From Octopus vulgaris (Eukaryota): DNA of 64,000 nt. Shown here piece by piece: positions 1 to 13,723 of the stretch. Position 1 is the first letter of the stretch; every line of letters starts with the position of its first letter. The stretch is from the NCBI GenBank assembly GCA_951406725.2, contig OX597824.1, positions 9,052,001-9,116,000 of the forward strand. Reading direction: 5' to 3'. The notes under the pieces were generated by a model. The model was given only the letters and a program-made list of their open reading frames with translations. It was not told where the DNA came from and searched no databases. The translations under genes were made by a program, and so were the position numbers.

Positions 1-4
1 AAAT

Positions 5-72
<68 letters not shown>
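1..72. repeat. (GATA)n microsatellite
   Basis: Perfect ATAG tandem repeat at the start of the window; representative of dozens of similar tracts not listed individually. Confidence 0.95.
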
Positions 73-73
<1 letters not shown>

Positions 74-1056
74 ACCTCTCTTATGCACATAGACACAAAC
101 TAACAAGTCTCTGTGTTTTGTATCTTATTTTATGGAGTGTTGTTTTTGTACATGTTTAACTGCAGAACATTTACACCATAAGAATCATTACTTGAAAAAA
201 AAAATGCTTTTCCATGCATTCTTTGAATTAAAGTAATTATTGCCGTCGACCAAAAGTAACGTAGCAGATCTAAGCATGTTTTCAATTGAGTTCGACAACA
301 AAGTAAACAACTTCTCGTCTTGTTTGATTTTACTATCGCAGCTAAGGCCACGCATGAGTGGCGTCTCCATATGATTGAAGAATCATATGATTGATGCGAA
401 ATAAATCAATAAAGACAATAGCATTATTCCATTGATCTTTCTTGAGACTGTTAATAATAAGGAAAAGGTTGTTTTTAGATTGGGTTTATGTGTTGTTAGT
501 TGTCACTATCTGCTATGTTGTGAGCCTTCGCTAAGTCTATAGCATCAGGCGTAGCGTGTGGATAGGGAACGTTCACTGCGTTTAAATACAATTAATTTAT
601 CGATTGTTTGTTTTCTTTTGAATGGAACTCGTGACAATTTTGAGGATGGAAGGTTCCAGGAGCTCGATCAATAGACCTACATGACCATTGTTATGCAGCG
701 ATAGCAGTTGAGTACTCCGCAGACACGTGTACCTACAAAGTGCAGATAGACTCAGAGGAAGAAACTGTGCCTTGCAAGGCTGGCATTCTATAACGATTAG
801 GGGGCCAAGGGACAAGTTCCAGCCAGATGGATTTGAGTGATTTCCCTTTTAGCAGCAAGGTATATGTATACACACACACACACACACAAAGTCACACAAT
901 CACTCGCGCACACATATTATATGTGTATATGTATGTATATATATTTATGTATATATATGTATGTATGTGTGTGTGTGTAGTTGTATATATACTTGTATAT
1001 GGCTAACAATACATACGTTTATCTCACTCTGTCAATATATATTTATATATATATGT

Positions 1057-1133
<77 letters not shown>

Positions 1134-1226
1134 TGTATATATATATAAATAAAATTATGTATATATACATATGCGTATATATATACATATATATATATCT
1201 ATATATATAGAGAGAGACACATATAT

Positions 1227-1298
<72 letters not shown>

Positions 1299-1358
1299 TT
1301 AGTGTTGCTTCAAGTTCATCAAACATTGTAAAGAAGCTAAATTTGCATGCACACGTAT

Positions 1359-1389
<31 letters not shown>

Positions 1390-2080
1390 GGTGTGTGAAT
1401 GCGTGCGTGTGTGTGTGTATATGCACACAAGATGTATGCGTAAACAGTAAATATACATATAAGCATACATACATATATACATACATAGTCTATATACCTA
1501 TACTAATGTCTGTGTATGTGTGTGTGTGAGCGTGCATACCTGTGTATTTATCTGTTCGTCTTGTATGTGTGTCGGTTCTTATATCCTGGAATAGTCTAAA
1601 TATAGAGTTCTGCGAATTCTCTTGGAATTCAATCAACACAAATCTAAGGCATCACAATATCTTGAGAAGCAGAAATAAAACGACCAAATAACGAAAGGCC
1701 CAAATAAATAAATAAATTCATCAAAAGCAGAATGCCAGAGTTCCATCGATCTCATCTAGCTGAGAAACATACTAAAAAAGGGAGCCACTGCGCGAGTTAA
1801 TATGGCAATGAATGTTTCCCACAAGGATCTAATCACTCATCGAATTGCTCTTAGCAACCAAAACTTTGGTTTTGATCTTACAAGTTATTTCTTGCTCTCC
1901 AATAAAATCGAAACATACGCACGAGATATGCACGACACACGAACAAACGCAGGCACACACATACATACATACAGGCGGAACACGTCCATTCAAACATACA
2001 CGAGAGCAAAAGACACTCGCTCACACACACACACATGCCTACACGGAACAGCTACCAAAATTTTGTTAATAACTGAACAG

Positions 2081-2246
2081 AGGCGCAGGAGTGGCTGTGT
2101 GGTAGGTAGCTTGCTAACCAACCACATGGTTCCTGGTTCAGTCCCACTGCGTGGCATCTTGGGCAAGTGTCTCCTGCTATAGCCCCGGGCCGACCAATGC
2201 CTTGTGAGTGGATTTGGTAGACGGAAACTGAAAGAAGCCTGTCGTA

Positions 2247-2280
<34 letters not shown>

Positions 2281-2506
2281 AGTGTGTGTGTATATGTTTG
2301 TGTGTCTGTGTTTGTCCCCCTAGCATTGCTTGACAATCGATGCTGGTGTGTTTACGTCCCCGTCACTTAGCGGTTCGGCAAAAGAGACGGATAGAATAAG
2401 TACTGGGCTTACAAAGAATAAGTCCCTGGGTGCATTTGCTCGACTAAAGGCGGTGCTCCAGCATGGCCGCAGTCAAATGACTGAAACAAGTAAAAGAGAA
2501 AAAGAA
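2081..2506 (+). mobile_element. tRNA-derived SINE, family A (internal (TA)n/(TG)n microsatellite), near full length
   Basis: Head GGAGTGGCTGTGTGGTAGG (A box) ... GGTTCAGTCCC (B box-like), CTTGGGCAAGTGTCT, internal microsatellite, 3' part ...GGCGGTGCTCCAGCATGGCCGCAGTCAAATGACTGAAAC; recurs at least 7 times in the window. Confidence 0.9.
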
Positions 2507-2860
2507 AGGGAGGAATGATTCGCCAAAGCCTCATTTGAATAATTTCTGAAAATTTCTACGACAAAGGTAGAAGCTCGAATGAAACCATAAACCGTTATCA
2601 ACAGATCTGACGTCTTTTCATTGACTCAATCTGCGAAGGAAACGATGTCGGAAGGCGATATTTCCTGTACATCTAAATAGTTTCAGATAAATATGTGTGT
2701 GTGTGTTTGTGTGTTTGTGTGTTTGTGTGTTTGACTATACGTGTCCATATCTTATGAAAGGGCTAAATGTGAGCGCATCGATAGAAGGATACAAGTATGT
2801 TAATAAATGCTAATGCTTGTCTATATGTACGTCATACATAGATATGTATAAAGATGCATT

Positions 2861-2908
<48 letters not shown>

Positions 2909-2983
2909 TATATATATATATATGTATACATACATACATACATACATATAGATAGAGAGGTGGGAAAGAAATATTGATAGACG

Positions 2984-3026
<43 letters not shown>

Positions 3027-3172
3027 CACACAGTAACGGAGACTTATTTCCTTGTAACGCTTTAAGAAACGGTGATTAATGACTGTTACAGATGCATGTG
3101 TGTGTGTGTATATATACTTGTATAAAGTATATTTATATATATTTGTATAATATATTTAAATATATGTATATA

Positions 3173-3233
<61 letters not shown>

Positions 3234-4014
3234 AATATATGCACAAACGTATGTGTGTTTATATACCTGTATATAGTGTATGTATATATATTTGTATATA
3301 ATATATATATAGAGAGAGAGATAGAGAGGGAAAGAGAGAGAGCGAGCGAGAGAAATATAGGTAAACATAGAAATGTACATGCGAGTGTTCACCCACTGAC
3401 ACACCCAAACACACGCACATCTGTTATCGACAACAATGCGGCTGAACCATCAAATGCGTAAACAACTGCGCTCCCGACCGGAAGGTCATGGTTTCGAATT
3501 ATGGACCTTTCGCTGTGATGTATTTCTGACCAACCCACTTCATATCATATTTCTCCTTTCTTCTCAAATGAAACTAACCATAGCTACCCATGCGCAGCAG
3601 CCCCTTCGGTCTAATCTAACGAAGAAGAAAATTCCTTGTCCATGAAATTATTGATATTCTTCAGAACCTTCAAGAACAATAAGCGTCAGCCTAATGAGTC
3701 TACAGGCTCTAAATATTCTAATTCTGTATCAGTAGCAGTGACCTAGACTAGTTTTAATCATCGTTGTAATTTCCTCAGTCACCAACTAATTTCCTCTCAC
3801 TATACACTTTATCACTGTATTTATTACCACGGTTATTATTGACTATGTGACTACATGAAATCTGATACACTGATTTGCATAAATGACGCATCATTTAATT
3901 TAGTTCGATTTTATACATTAGTGACGCGTTGGCAGTTTCGTTTTTGATAGAGTTATATAGAATCTTTCATCGCCTTAGATATTAATGTTGCTACGATATA
4001 CTTCAATCACCACC

Positions 4015-4081
<67 letters not shown>

Positions 4082-4908
4082 TAGCTGCTGCGCCTAAGGC
4101 TGTTAAGGCTACCGCGATCGCTATGTTGCTTTAACTGTTGTGCCTACTACTACCGCCGCAACCGTTTCTTATTATCCTGCAAGTAGTACTGCTACCAGTA
4201 CCATTGTTGTTGCTGTTGCTGCTAGTGCTGTCAGTTCCGTAATTCATGACAAGTCATTGATGCTATTTAACGGAAATTTCATTGTTTTCCTCCGTGAATG
4301 AGTACGTTACCCGAAATATAAAGAATTAAAGAATATAAATAAATTTTACTTTCTTTCGCATTCAATGAAGATTTTTCCATGTAACTTTTTCTTACAACGC
4401 AATATATCAAGTTATCTACTGCACGCTTATGCGTTCATCCATACACACACAAGCACACACTTACACATATACACACACACAAGCACACATAAACACACAC
4501 ACATACAGACACTTACACACACATACACACGCACGCACGCACACACACACACACACACGCACGCACGCACGCACACAAACACACACACACATTTATTTTT
4601 GATCCTTACTCGGACTCGATTCACTGATATCTTGACTTTATTCGACGAAAAATATTCTTAATATAATTTTCTTCAGTTCGAAATTAACCAAACCATGTTG
4701 ATATAGATGCGAGCATTACGCAGTACCGCGGATTTATCACCTTGTACCGTTTTAAGAAACAGCAATCAATGACATAGTTACAAATACTCAAACCTTCCAG
4801 GTGGCGTACTGCCAATTATATAGATAGACAGTACTTTACTAGCCGCCAACACTTTTTTCTGCAAAATAGGGGTAGCTTATCCTGTTCAGGCTATATCTTT
4901 AGCATCAT

Positions 4909-4973
<65 letters not shown>

Positions 4974-5581
4974 CATATTCCTTCAATTGCGCTGCCCCAG
5001 CATGGCCACAGCTTGTGAGCTGAAACTAGATGAAATGAAATGAAATATATATATATATATATATATATCTAAAGTCGGCCGCCAACACTTTATTCTGCAA
5101 AATAGGAGTAGCTTATCCTGTTCAGGCTATGTTATTAGCATTATCCTGCGTTTGAGAATTTAAAATTACATCTTTAACTTTCTAAGACATCTCAACGCTT
5201 CTAAAGGAATCTTCGTTTGTTTGTTTACGTTCATCGTAATTTGAATTTACTAGTATTTATGTTTTTATCAACTCCAGGAGGGAAAAGACTAGCTAAACCA
5301 CAACGGGATTGAAACGCAGAATATAAAGGGATCTACTCAAAGGATACCTAGCATGTTGTCCGACTTTCTACTGTGCTTAGCTATCTATCAACCTTTATTT
5401 TTGCTAATAATAAGCCAGACAATGATTGTGATAGGAGTCAATTTGTTTTCATCGAACCATGTAAACAATATTTCTATTAATTCTTCAAATTGTTGATATC
5501 ATCAGTCGGTAGCAACCTCTGACACACGTGTCATCGTCTCATTGCGCGAGTCTCTGTGTGTATGCGTGTGTAATTGTGTGT

Positions 5582-5633
<52 letters not shown>

Positions 5634-5769
5634 ATGACAAGAACCTCTGCTCTTAGTTCTATTAATACATCCCTCTTTGCATTCGTACGTTTCTAGTGAC
5701 TTCAAAATGCTGAGAGGTAAAGTTCACCCTGGCAGGAATTAAATTCAAAGTACAAAGTGTCGGCAAAAA

Positions 5770-5824
<55 letters not shown>

Positions 5825-6010
5825 GATAATAATAATAATAATACTTGGATGTTGAATGCCTTCAGCGATAATTAACAACCTAGTATCAAAGTTCATAATG
5901 TGCCGAAAGAAACCCTGTGAGACCTCTGAGAACACGCTACTGTCTGCTCTCACAGAATCAACTAGAGCAAACATGACCGAGATCTCCGTGAAGTAAAAAA
6001 AAAAATAATA

Positions 6011-6061
<51 letters not shown>

Positions 6062-7108
6062 CGTTGTTGCTGCTGCCGTCAAATAGAATTATGGCAACGT
6101 CGTCTATTTGAAGAAGAGAGAACATGATTTCTAAAATCATTGTTGAAAATATTCCAATTTCTTTACGCTGCTAATTCATCTCGAACAAGTATGAATATTG
6201 CAATATCGTATTTCGAAAAGGCATTAATTCTAAAGCCTTGCGCTAATTAAAAAAGAAAAGATCGATGGATATTGTTGTTGTTGTTTGAACACCTTGTCAA
6301 GACTTGATGAGCAGATCAGCGACCGGCGATGTCCTTCCTTGGATCACCCTGCATTTTTGATTACCGACGGGAACATTGTTGCCAAATGCAACCCTCTTTC
6401 TCCCTAGGAACGGTAAGTCCTGCTTCGAGGGCGCTTTCGCTGCTATTTCAAACAGGCCAAATGGCAGGTCAGGGTTAAGTGACACCGTTATATACAGAAA
6501 CATTCCATCCAAATCATTGTTGAAAATATTCCAATTTGCCTTCGAGCCTTGGTTTCGATTCGTTTACAGTCGTTGCAGTGCATTTAAATTGCTAATTGCT
6601 TTCGGAAAGAAAAGAACTAAAGCAATAAAGAAAAACATGGATGACTCAATTTCGTAATGAAATGCTACGAAATTAAAATAACTCTGTTGTAATTATGATG
6701 GAAACCGTTTCACATCACGTAGGCCAACAATGTTTTAGGGGAAAGGTATGGACGCTACGCATCACATCATTTATTTTATTTTCTTCCTTACTCTTAAGAT
6801 GACAAGGAAGCTTTAACGAAAAATAAAGGGTAAATGTTTTATGAGGAGGGCAAAAATGATTCACTAATTTGGTTAATCTACTTGGAAAAGATATGGACAA
6901 AAGCCAAAACGCTGTCTATGAGAGAAATCGATAAAAGCTTCTAGAATGATTCCATTCATCTTCCATTCGACTGTTTATCAGGGGTTAGGGCTTCTGAAGG
7001 TTGCTGTACTCTTACGATTATTTCCCGGTCTTAAATAGCTGGTCTAGTTATTTTCTCCTCTGCGGAGCGCTTTAAAATCTTTTGACTCAACGAATACACG
7101 CAGATATG

Positions 7109-7488
7109 GAGGCGCAATGGCCCAGTGGTTAGGGCAGCGGACTCGCGGTCATAGGATCGCGGCTTCGATTCCCAGACCGGGCGTTGTGAGTCTTTATTGA
7201 GCGAAAACACCTAAAGCCCCACGAGGCTCCGGCAGGGGATGGTGGTGATCCCTGCTGTACTCTTTCACCACAACTTTCTCTCACTCTTACTTCCTGTTTC
7301 TGTTGTACCTGTATTTCAAAGGGCCGGCCTTGTCACTCTCTGTGTCACGCTGAATATCCCCGAGAACTACGTTAAGGGTGCACGTGTCTGTGGAGTGCTC
7401 AGCCACTTACACGTTAACTTCACGAGCAGGCTGTTCCGTTGATCGGATCAACCGGAACCCTCGTCGTCGTAACCGACGGAGTGCTTCC
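7109..7488 (+). mobile_element. tRNA-derived SINE, family C, with 13-bp TSD
   Basis: Head GGCGCAATGGCCCAGTGGTTAGGGCAGCGGACTCGCGG...TTCGATTCCC; flanking direct repeat ACACGCAGATATG at 7096-7108 and 7489-7501. Confidence 0.92.
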
Positions 7489-8075
7489 ACACGCAGATAT
7501 GAAAATTTCCTGTATAAATATAAGGAAATAACAATTTCGTTACGCTTTCCTTCTAAATTTGAAAACTAGTTCTCAATGGATGTGAATATTGCATAAATAA
7601 GCGACAGTGACAGTTTTGCAATATAAATACGGTTTGTTGCTATTTTATGTTTCAATTTTATCTCAGCAAATTGAAATCTCAAATTTCTTCCTAAGCACAT
7701 TGTTCAGCTGCAGAAAAACATTTTCATTACTCTTATGACAAGGATAAAAGGTCACATATAACCACGTCGGCTGATATTCGTACTGACTGAAGTGTCACTG
7801 GAGCGTATTACGTAACCAATATTGTGCAGCGACAACAGACGAGATAATTAACTTTCAATGGTTGAGACCAGTGTATGTAAATAAGAGTTAGAAATTTAGA
7901 CAGAATCTCTGTTGTGTTTCATCAGCATGCCGTCACCGATTCTAAGAAGTGCAACCAATGTGACCCTGTAAATAATTTCGATCAGCGCCAAGCCAAAGTA
8001 TAACATGAAAGAAGAGTTAATATATATTGCTATTCTAGAAATTCTTTTATCTTTCTATCTTTCTTTCTATCTATC

Positions 8076-8153
<78 letters not shown>

Positions 8154-8154
8154 C

Positions 8155-8268
<114 letters not shown>

Positions 8269-8297
8269 GTCTATTTATCTATCTGTCTTCTACAATA

Positions 8298-8356
8298 GCA
8301 AAGCTTTGTGAGTGGATTTGGTAGACGGAAACTGAAAGAAACCCGTCGTATATATG

Positions 8357-8403
<47 letters not shown>

Positions 8404-8630
8404 GTTCCTGTATATGTTTGTGTGTCTGTGTTTGTCCCCACCAAACATCGCTTGACGACCGATACTGTTGTGTTTACGTCAACGTAACTTAGCGGTTCGG
8501 CAAAAGATAGGGATAGAATAAGTACTAGGCTTACAAAGAATAAGTCCTGGGGTCTATTTGCTCGACTAAAGGCGGTGCTCCCGCATTCCCACAGTCAAAT
8601 GACCGAATCAAGTAAAAGACTAAAAGAGTA
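8298..8630 (+). mobile_element. SINE family A, 5'-truncated
   Basis: Matches about 2200-2500 (TTGTGAGTGGATTTGGTAGACGGAAACTGAAAGAA...CGACTAAAGGCGGTGCTCC). Confidence 0.88.
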
Positions 8631-9131
8631 ACCATTCCACTGTCGCTGCTGGACACTTTTTATGCCAGTGATATTCTTCTGCGCTTTTCAGAACCATATT
8701 CTCTCTGCGAGATGCTTTCTCAAAACGAATACCAAAGTTTTATTTCCACGTCAAGTATGATATGCGGAATGCTTTTTTTTGTGTGTGTGTGTTGCCTTTC
8801 GATTATAAAACATTGTCAGGTGAACTTCTCTGGTATTTAACCTCTTAAAGAATTAAATAGCAGCATACTATTCCCTTGCATTTGCTAATGCATTTTCTGA
8901 GCTACACTAAAGCATTTCATTTCTTACTTGTTAAATTCAAGTTATAGATAAAAACTTTCGGAAAACATGGCGTACCACTCAAAAATGACGGCAAATGAAA
9001 ATCTAATTCTCATTTTTTTTTTCAGACAATTTTCTGCAAGTGCCTGAGTCATTTCTCTTACATCCCAACCGATTGCTTTAAATAAAAGAGCACATGGAAA
9101 TTTATTGTCCTATATATATATATATATATAT

Positions 9132-9212
<81 letters not shown>

Positions 9213-9214
9213 GT

Positions 9215-9462
9215 GGAGGCGCGTGGCTCAGTGGTTAGGGTGTCAGCATCATGATCGTAAGATTGTGGTTTCGATTTCTGGACCGGGCGACGCGTTTTGT
9301 TCTTGAGTAAAACACTTCATTTCATGTTACTTTAGTCCACTCAGCTCACAAAAATGAGCAACGCTGCGATGGACTGGCGTCCCGTCCAGCTGGGGAACAC
9401 ATACGCCATAGAAACCAGAAAACCGGGCCCATGAGCTTGGCTAGGCTTTAAAAGGGCGCATT
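9215..9462 (+). mobile_element. tRNA-derived SINE, family C variant
   Basis: GGCGCGTGGCTCAGTGGTTAGG head, GTTCTTGAGTAAAACACTTCATTTC, tail CTGCGATGGACTGGCGTCCCGTCCAG shared with the 17699 copy. Confidence 0.85.
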
Positions 9463-9485
9463 TATTTATTATATATATTATACGT

Positions 9486-9700
9486 AAGGCGGCCAGCTGG
9501 CAGCTACATTAGCACGCCAGGCGAAATGCTTTGCAGTATTTCGTCCGCCGCTGCGTTCTGAGTTCAAAGTCCGCCGAGGTCAACTTTGCCTTTCATCCTT
9601 TCGGTGTCGATTAAATAAGTACCAGTTGCGTACTGGAGTCGATCTAATCGACTAGCTCCCACTCCCTCCCATAAATTTCCGGGCCTTGTGCCTAGAGAAG
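9486..9700 (+). mobile_element. SINE family B
   Basis: GGCGGCCAGCTGGCAG...GAGTTCAAAGTCCGCCGAGGTCAACTTTGCCTTTCATCCTTTCGG...AAATAAGTACCAG; multi-copy in the window. Confidence 0.88.
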
Positions 9701-10485
9701 AGTACAAAAGTATATATATGTATATATATCAAGGAAGATAGAATCGTTACACCTATCAATGCTTGCAATCACAGATTTACTCGATTAGATATTACATGAA
9801 ACTAACCAATAGTAAGAGCAACCGGAACCATCAATATAATTACAAAGTTTGATAAGTAATTTGTTTAATTAATTTGCATAATATTCTGCATGTAATATGT
9901 GTCTATTCTGTATATGTGTCTAGCGTGTAATTATGCAAATTATTATGCATTAATTGCTGTAATTACAGGATGTGCTGAAACTTAGATTTGTTGCACTGCA
10001 TGAAATACAATTTCCTACGACAGGCGACTAGATTCCACGACAGGAATTTTGAGGGGAGGCGGCGGTCAATAAAATAATATCCTGTATTTGACTGGTGATG
10101 TTTTTTATTGATCCAAGGAGGATAAACGGTAAAGATGACCTGAGAGGGACTTGAAACCAGATCGTACAGAGTTACAGTATTTTGCAACGAAGTATCTCCT
10201 TTACCCGACCTTCTATCGCTTCTCCTAATGCAGCGCCCACTGACGACTTAAGAATGAAACAGCGAATGAAACAGCTTATCTTGTATGAAATCAGTTAGAA
10301 TTAAGTACACCCACATAAAAGTACACATGTTTATAAGTGTGTGTGCATATATATATATACACATATATATATGTATGTATATATATACATATATATATAT
10401 ATACATATATATGTATGTATGTATATATATATATACACACATATATATGTATGTATATATATATATATATATATATATACCAATA

Positions 10486-10547
<62 letters not shown>

Positions 10548-10569
10548 CATATATAGTTAATGCGATATA

Positions 10570-11310
10570 GAGCAGAAAAGTTAGATATTAGATGAAAATC
10601 AATTGGCGTATTTGGCTATGCCTATCAATGCCCTATATTTAAAGTTAGATCGATTTTCGCCTGCCGTCCCTCCATGGCCAATTAAAATACGCACCGATTA
10701 TATATTAGAGCATACGGAATCAACACTTCCTTCACATATGCCAACATAGGAAACGGTCATTTATATTTAATTAATCATATCGAAACCCACAAAGTTCCTT
10801 GGTGATGGGGCATAACGATGAGGTTAAGATAATGTAGCGTCATAAATATCGGAATTGAAAGTTAAGTTATAATGAGAAGTATCTCACAGAAGTCGGTGAT
10901 CCATTTTCCCTCTGGAAGCACGTCTGTGTCTGCTTGAGTGTATTTGTCTATCTGGCTCTCTGTGTCTGTGTATATACTCTACATTTGGAATGAACAATTT
11001 TAAATGCTTTTAGATTTTTCTCAGAAGGTATTGGAATCTTACATATATACCATTCTGCCTAAAAAAATGGTTCTACAAATTCAATATCCCTACATATCTC
11101 ACATCTCTTTCCTTTCCTCCACCTCACTCTCTATTTTGTATCCCATTTAAATTAATTATTACTTAACCAACTTCTCACACCGTCTCCGATGATGGGATAT
11201 GATTAATAAATATCCTGGAAACAGCTGTAAGGCCTATAAATGTTCTAATATCTACACGGCCTTGGTTTTTTTTTCATCTCATTACACAAAAAATTCTTAT
11301 ATACACACAT
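10570..11310 (+). mobile_element. Degenerate Penelope-like element 3' portion (GIY-YIG remnant plus terminal repeat)
   Basis: Decayed YI..TE....H..SF and LCLLE-like translations, pyrimidine-rich 3' region, hammerhead motif at 11182-11233; tail 11240-11305 recurs as an inverted repeat at 62250-62375. Confidence 0.55.
11182..11233 (+). ncRNA. Minimal type I hammerhead ribozyme motif (CCGAUGA core variant)
   Basis: gtct-CCGATGA-tgggatat[gattaataa]atatcctg-GAAAC-agct-GTA-aggc; stem I gtct/aggc, 8-bp stem II, palindromic stem III ACAGCTGT. Confidence 0.7.
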
Positions 11311-12062
11311 TGTGTAAATACATATATATATATATATTTTGCTAAGTTTCAGTCAAAGCACTACGGCCATGCTAGGAGAACGCCGATTACTTTGCTGCAC
11401 TTTCACTAAACTTCCTCTGATATGTGACATTTGATGGATGAGTGAGTGTGACGTTGCTGCCTTTATATGCGTTTCTTGCCTAGAGGTAGGTTCATCTGGA
11501 ACTCTTCACAGAAGGAGATCTAGTTTTGTTTTGAATAAGACAACATCCATGCCATGAAAGTCTCTCAGATTTGGGAGAGGATATTGAAGAGCTGTGGGCG
11601 TTTGTATATTTATATAAACGCAAACACTTGTTCAGAATCTATATCTCCACGAAGCAATAATCACATCTACAAGACTTCTTTCATTTCTCTTGTCGTTTGT
11701 AGAATTAGCAATTATTACTTCATTGCTAAGGTAATTCGCTCGCAGAAGCTATTCCATTATCTGTAATATTTTTAATGTTTTCGTCTTACCTATGAAAATG
11801 TATTTTAATATCAATTATATTAAAAGTTTACAAGTAGATAATGATGCATTTACATAATTTCAAAGTCGCACAGATAACTATTACGTAGAGTATAACTCTG
11901 CAATTAGTTTTTACCCATTGAGTGCGTCCACGGCTATATTGCTATATTGCACAGGAGCGTGTGCCTGCGTGTGTGTGTGCGTATACGTGCACGTGTGTGT
12001 ATGTATATATATATGTGTGTGTGTGTGTGCCAATGTATATATATATATACATATATATATGT

Positions 12063-12127
<65 letters not shown>

Positions 12128-12143
12128 AATGTATGTGTGTGTT

Positions 12144-12186
<43 letters not shown>

Positions 12187-12394
12187 GGGTGTACTGAAAT
12201 CACAACAACGTTCTAGCTCTTTGATTCTCACTCTGTTGTTATTTAAACATACACACATACACACATGCAAGCACACACACGCGCACATAGTCTGTTGCAT
12301 AATTTATATATGCATGTGTATATATATATATACATATGACTGTGAGTGTGTTTGTACATACATACATATATACATATATACATACATGTGTATT

Positions 12395-12682
12395 GTGGTC
12401 GGGGGATTGTAGTCCCGATGTCGAGATCGTAGATTGAATTCCTAGACCGGGTGGTACGTTGTGTTCTTGAGCAAAACCCTTCATTTCATTTTGCGCTGCG
12501 ATCAGTCCGACATCTGACGCGTGGCACACTGTGCGCACCTGTTCAAGCGACGTCGATTTGATGGAGAGATTGAGTGAGCCAATGTGCCGCACGATCATTT
12601 AGTCATTTATAAACGAATCCGTTGTGCAAGCCGTTCGGCAAAAGCTGAATCTTCATACGTCGCCTTCGACAGGAGAGTCCAC
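12395..12682 (+). mobile_element. Diverged tRNA-derived SINE (family C-like head, different tail)
   Basis: GTGGTC...TTGAATTCCTAGACCGGG...TTGTGTTCTTGAGCAAAAC matches the family C head and central block. Confidence 0.7.
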
Positions 12683-12757
12683 CATATATACACACACACA
12701 CACATGCATGCATACATATGTACACACATACATATATACATACAGAAATACATTATT

Positions 12758-12958
12758 TACTGTTGTGTCTGGGGAGAGCCATTTTCTTTTTCTGCCTTAT
12801 AATGTAACACACTCACCGGTAAAATTCCCACTTATTTCTTAATTTTCCTAAAATTTTCGATGTGTCTTGCAAACTTTTCAATTGTCTTCACTCTCTTGAG
12901 AGTACTTCAACACACGAACTCATATAAAGAATCTTGCAAACCAAATCCAAAAACGGAA
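12758..12958. repeat. Dispersed repeat (rearranged copy of 61857-62063), possibly a PLE terminus
   Basis: 12758-12888 matches about 61917-62050 directly; 12906-12958 is the reverse complement of about 61857-61910. Confidence 0.8.
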
Positions 12959-13253
12959 TACATTATTTACATTTGACGGATATTTGTCCTAAATCTTATT
13001 TGTTGTTAACACATCGTTTCGGCTGGTATACCCTCCAGCCTTCATCGGGTGTCTTGGGGAAATTTTATACCTGAGTTCTCATTCCCAAGGTATTTTTCGA
13101 TCATCTTCTTCTTCTTCTTCTTCTTCTTCTTCTTCTTCTTCTTCTTCTTCTTCTTCTTCTTCTTCTTCTTCTTCTTCTTCTTCTTCTTCTTCTTCTTCTT
13201 CTTCTTCTTTTTTCTTCTCCTTCTTCTCCTTCTTGTTATTATTATTATTATTA

Positions 13254-13315
<62 letters not shown>

Positions 13316-13395
13316 TTTATTATACAGGTCCCTGTTGGGACCGAACTCGGAATCTTGGGGTTAGTAGCCTGCACCCTTAACCACTACACGGTACA
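12957..13395 (-). mobile_element. tRNA-headed SINE-like unit with internal (TAA)n(GAA)n and a 3' hammerhead motif
   Basis: Minus strand: GTGTAGTGGTTAAGGGTGCAGGCTACTAACCCCAAGATTCCGAGTTCGGTCCC (A/B boxes, anticodon-like arm), microsatellite, hairpin CTTGGGAA/TCCCCAAG, then the hammerhead motif. Confidence 0.7.
13008..13053 (-). ncRNA. Minimal hammerhead ribozyme motif (degenerate copy)
   Basis: Minus: gacac-CCGATGA-a-ggctgg[agggtata]ccagcc-GAAAC-GAT-gtgtt; stem I gacac/gtgtt, perfect 6-bp stem II; GAAACGAT deviates from the GAAACGTH expected of an active minimal motif. Confidence 0.65.
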
Positions 13396-13399
13396 GAAA

Positions 13400-13469
<70 letters not shown>

Positions 13470-13723
13470 CCTACTTTATCTAATGGAGTGCCGTCATTTC
13501 ATATCTGCTCACTTTCAATTTCAATACCTGTCTCTTTCACGAAATTTCACAATTACCTTACGGCGATGCGAGATTGCTCCCAAAGAGATATAATTAAAGG
13601 AATCTGTATGTATGAGATGCTAAAAGACGAGTTATCCAGGCTAGGAGTTCTTCGTAACTTTTAGCAGCCATGTCGTTCTTAAATTCTTCTAGATTCAGAA
13701 TTGAGCAAATACCAAATGTTATA

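Noticed and set aside
597-860. Complex sequence ending in AAG|GTATAT as a possible exon
   Set aside because: Stops in all plus frames; the minus ORF has no recognisable motif.
5843-6000. Unique island between (TAA)n tracts as another Dong 3' UTR
   Set aside because: Context fits, but no coding motif or second copy in the window supports it.
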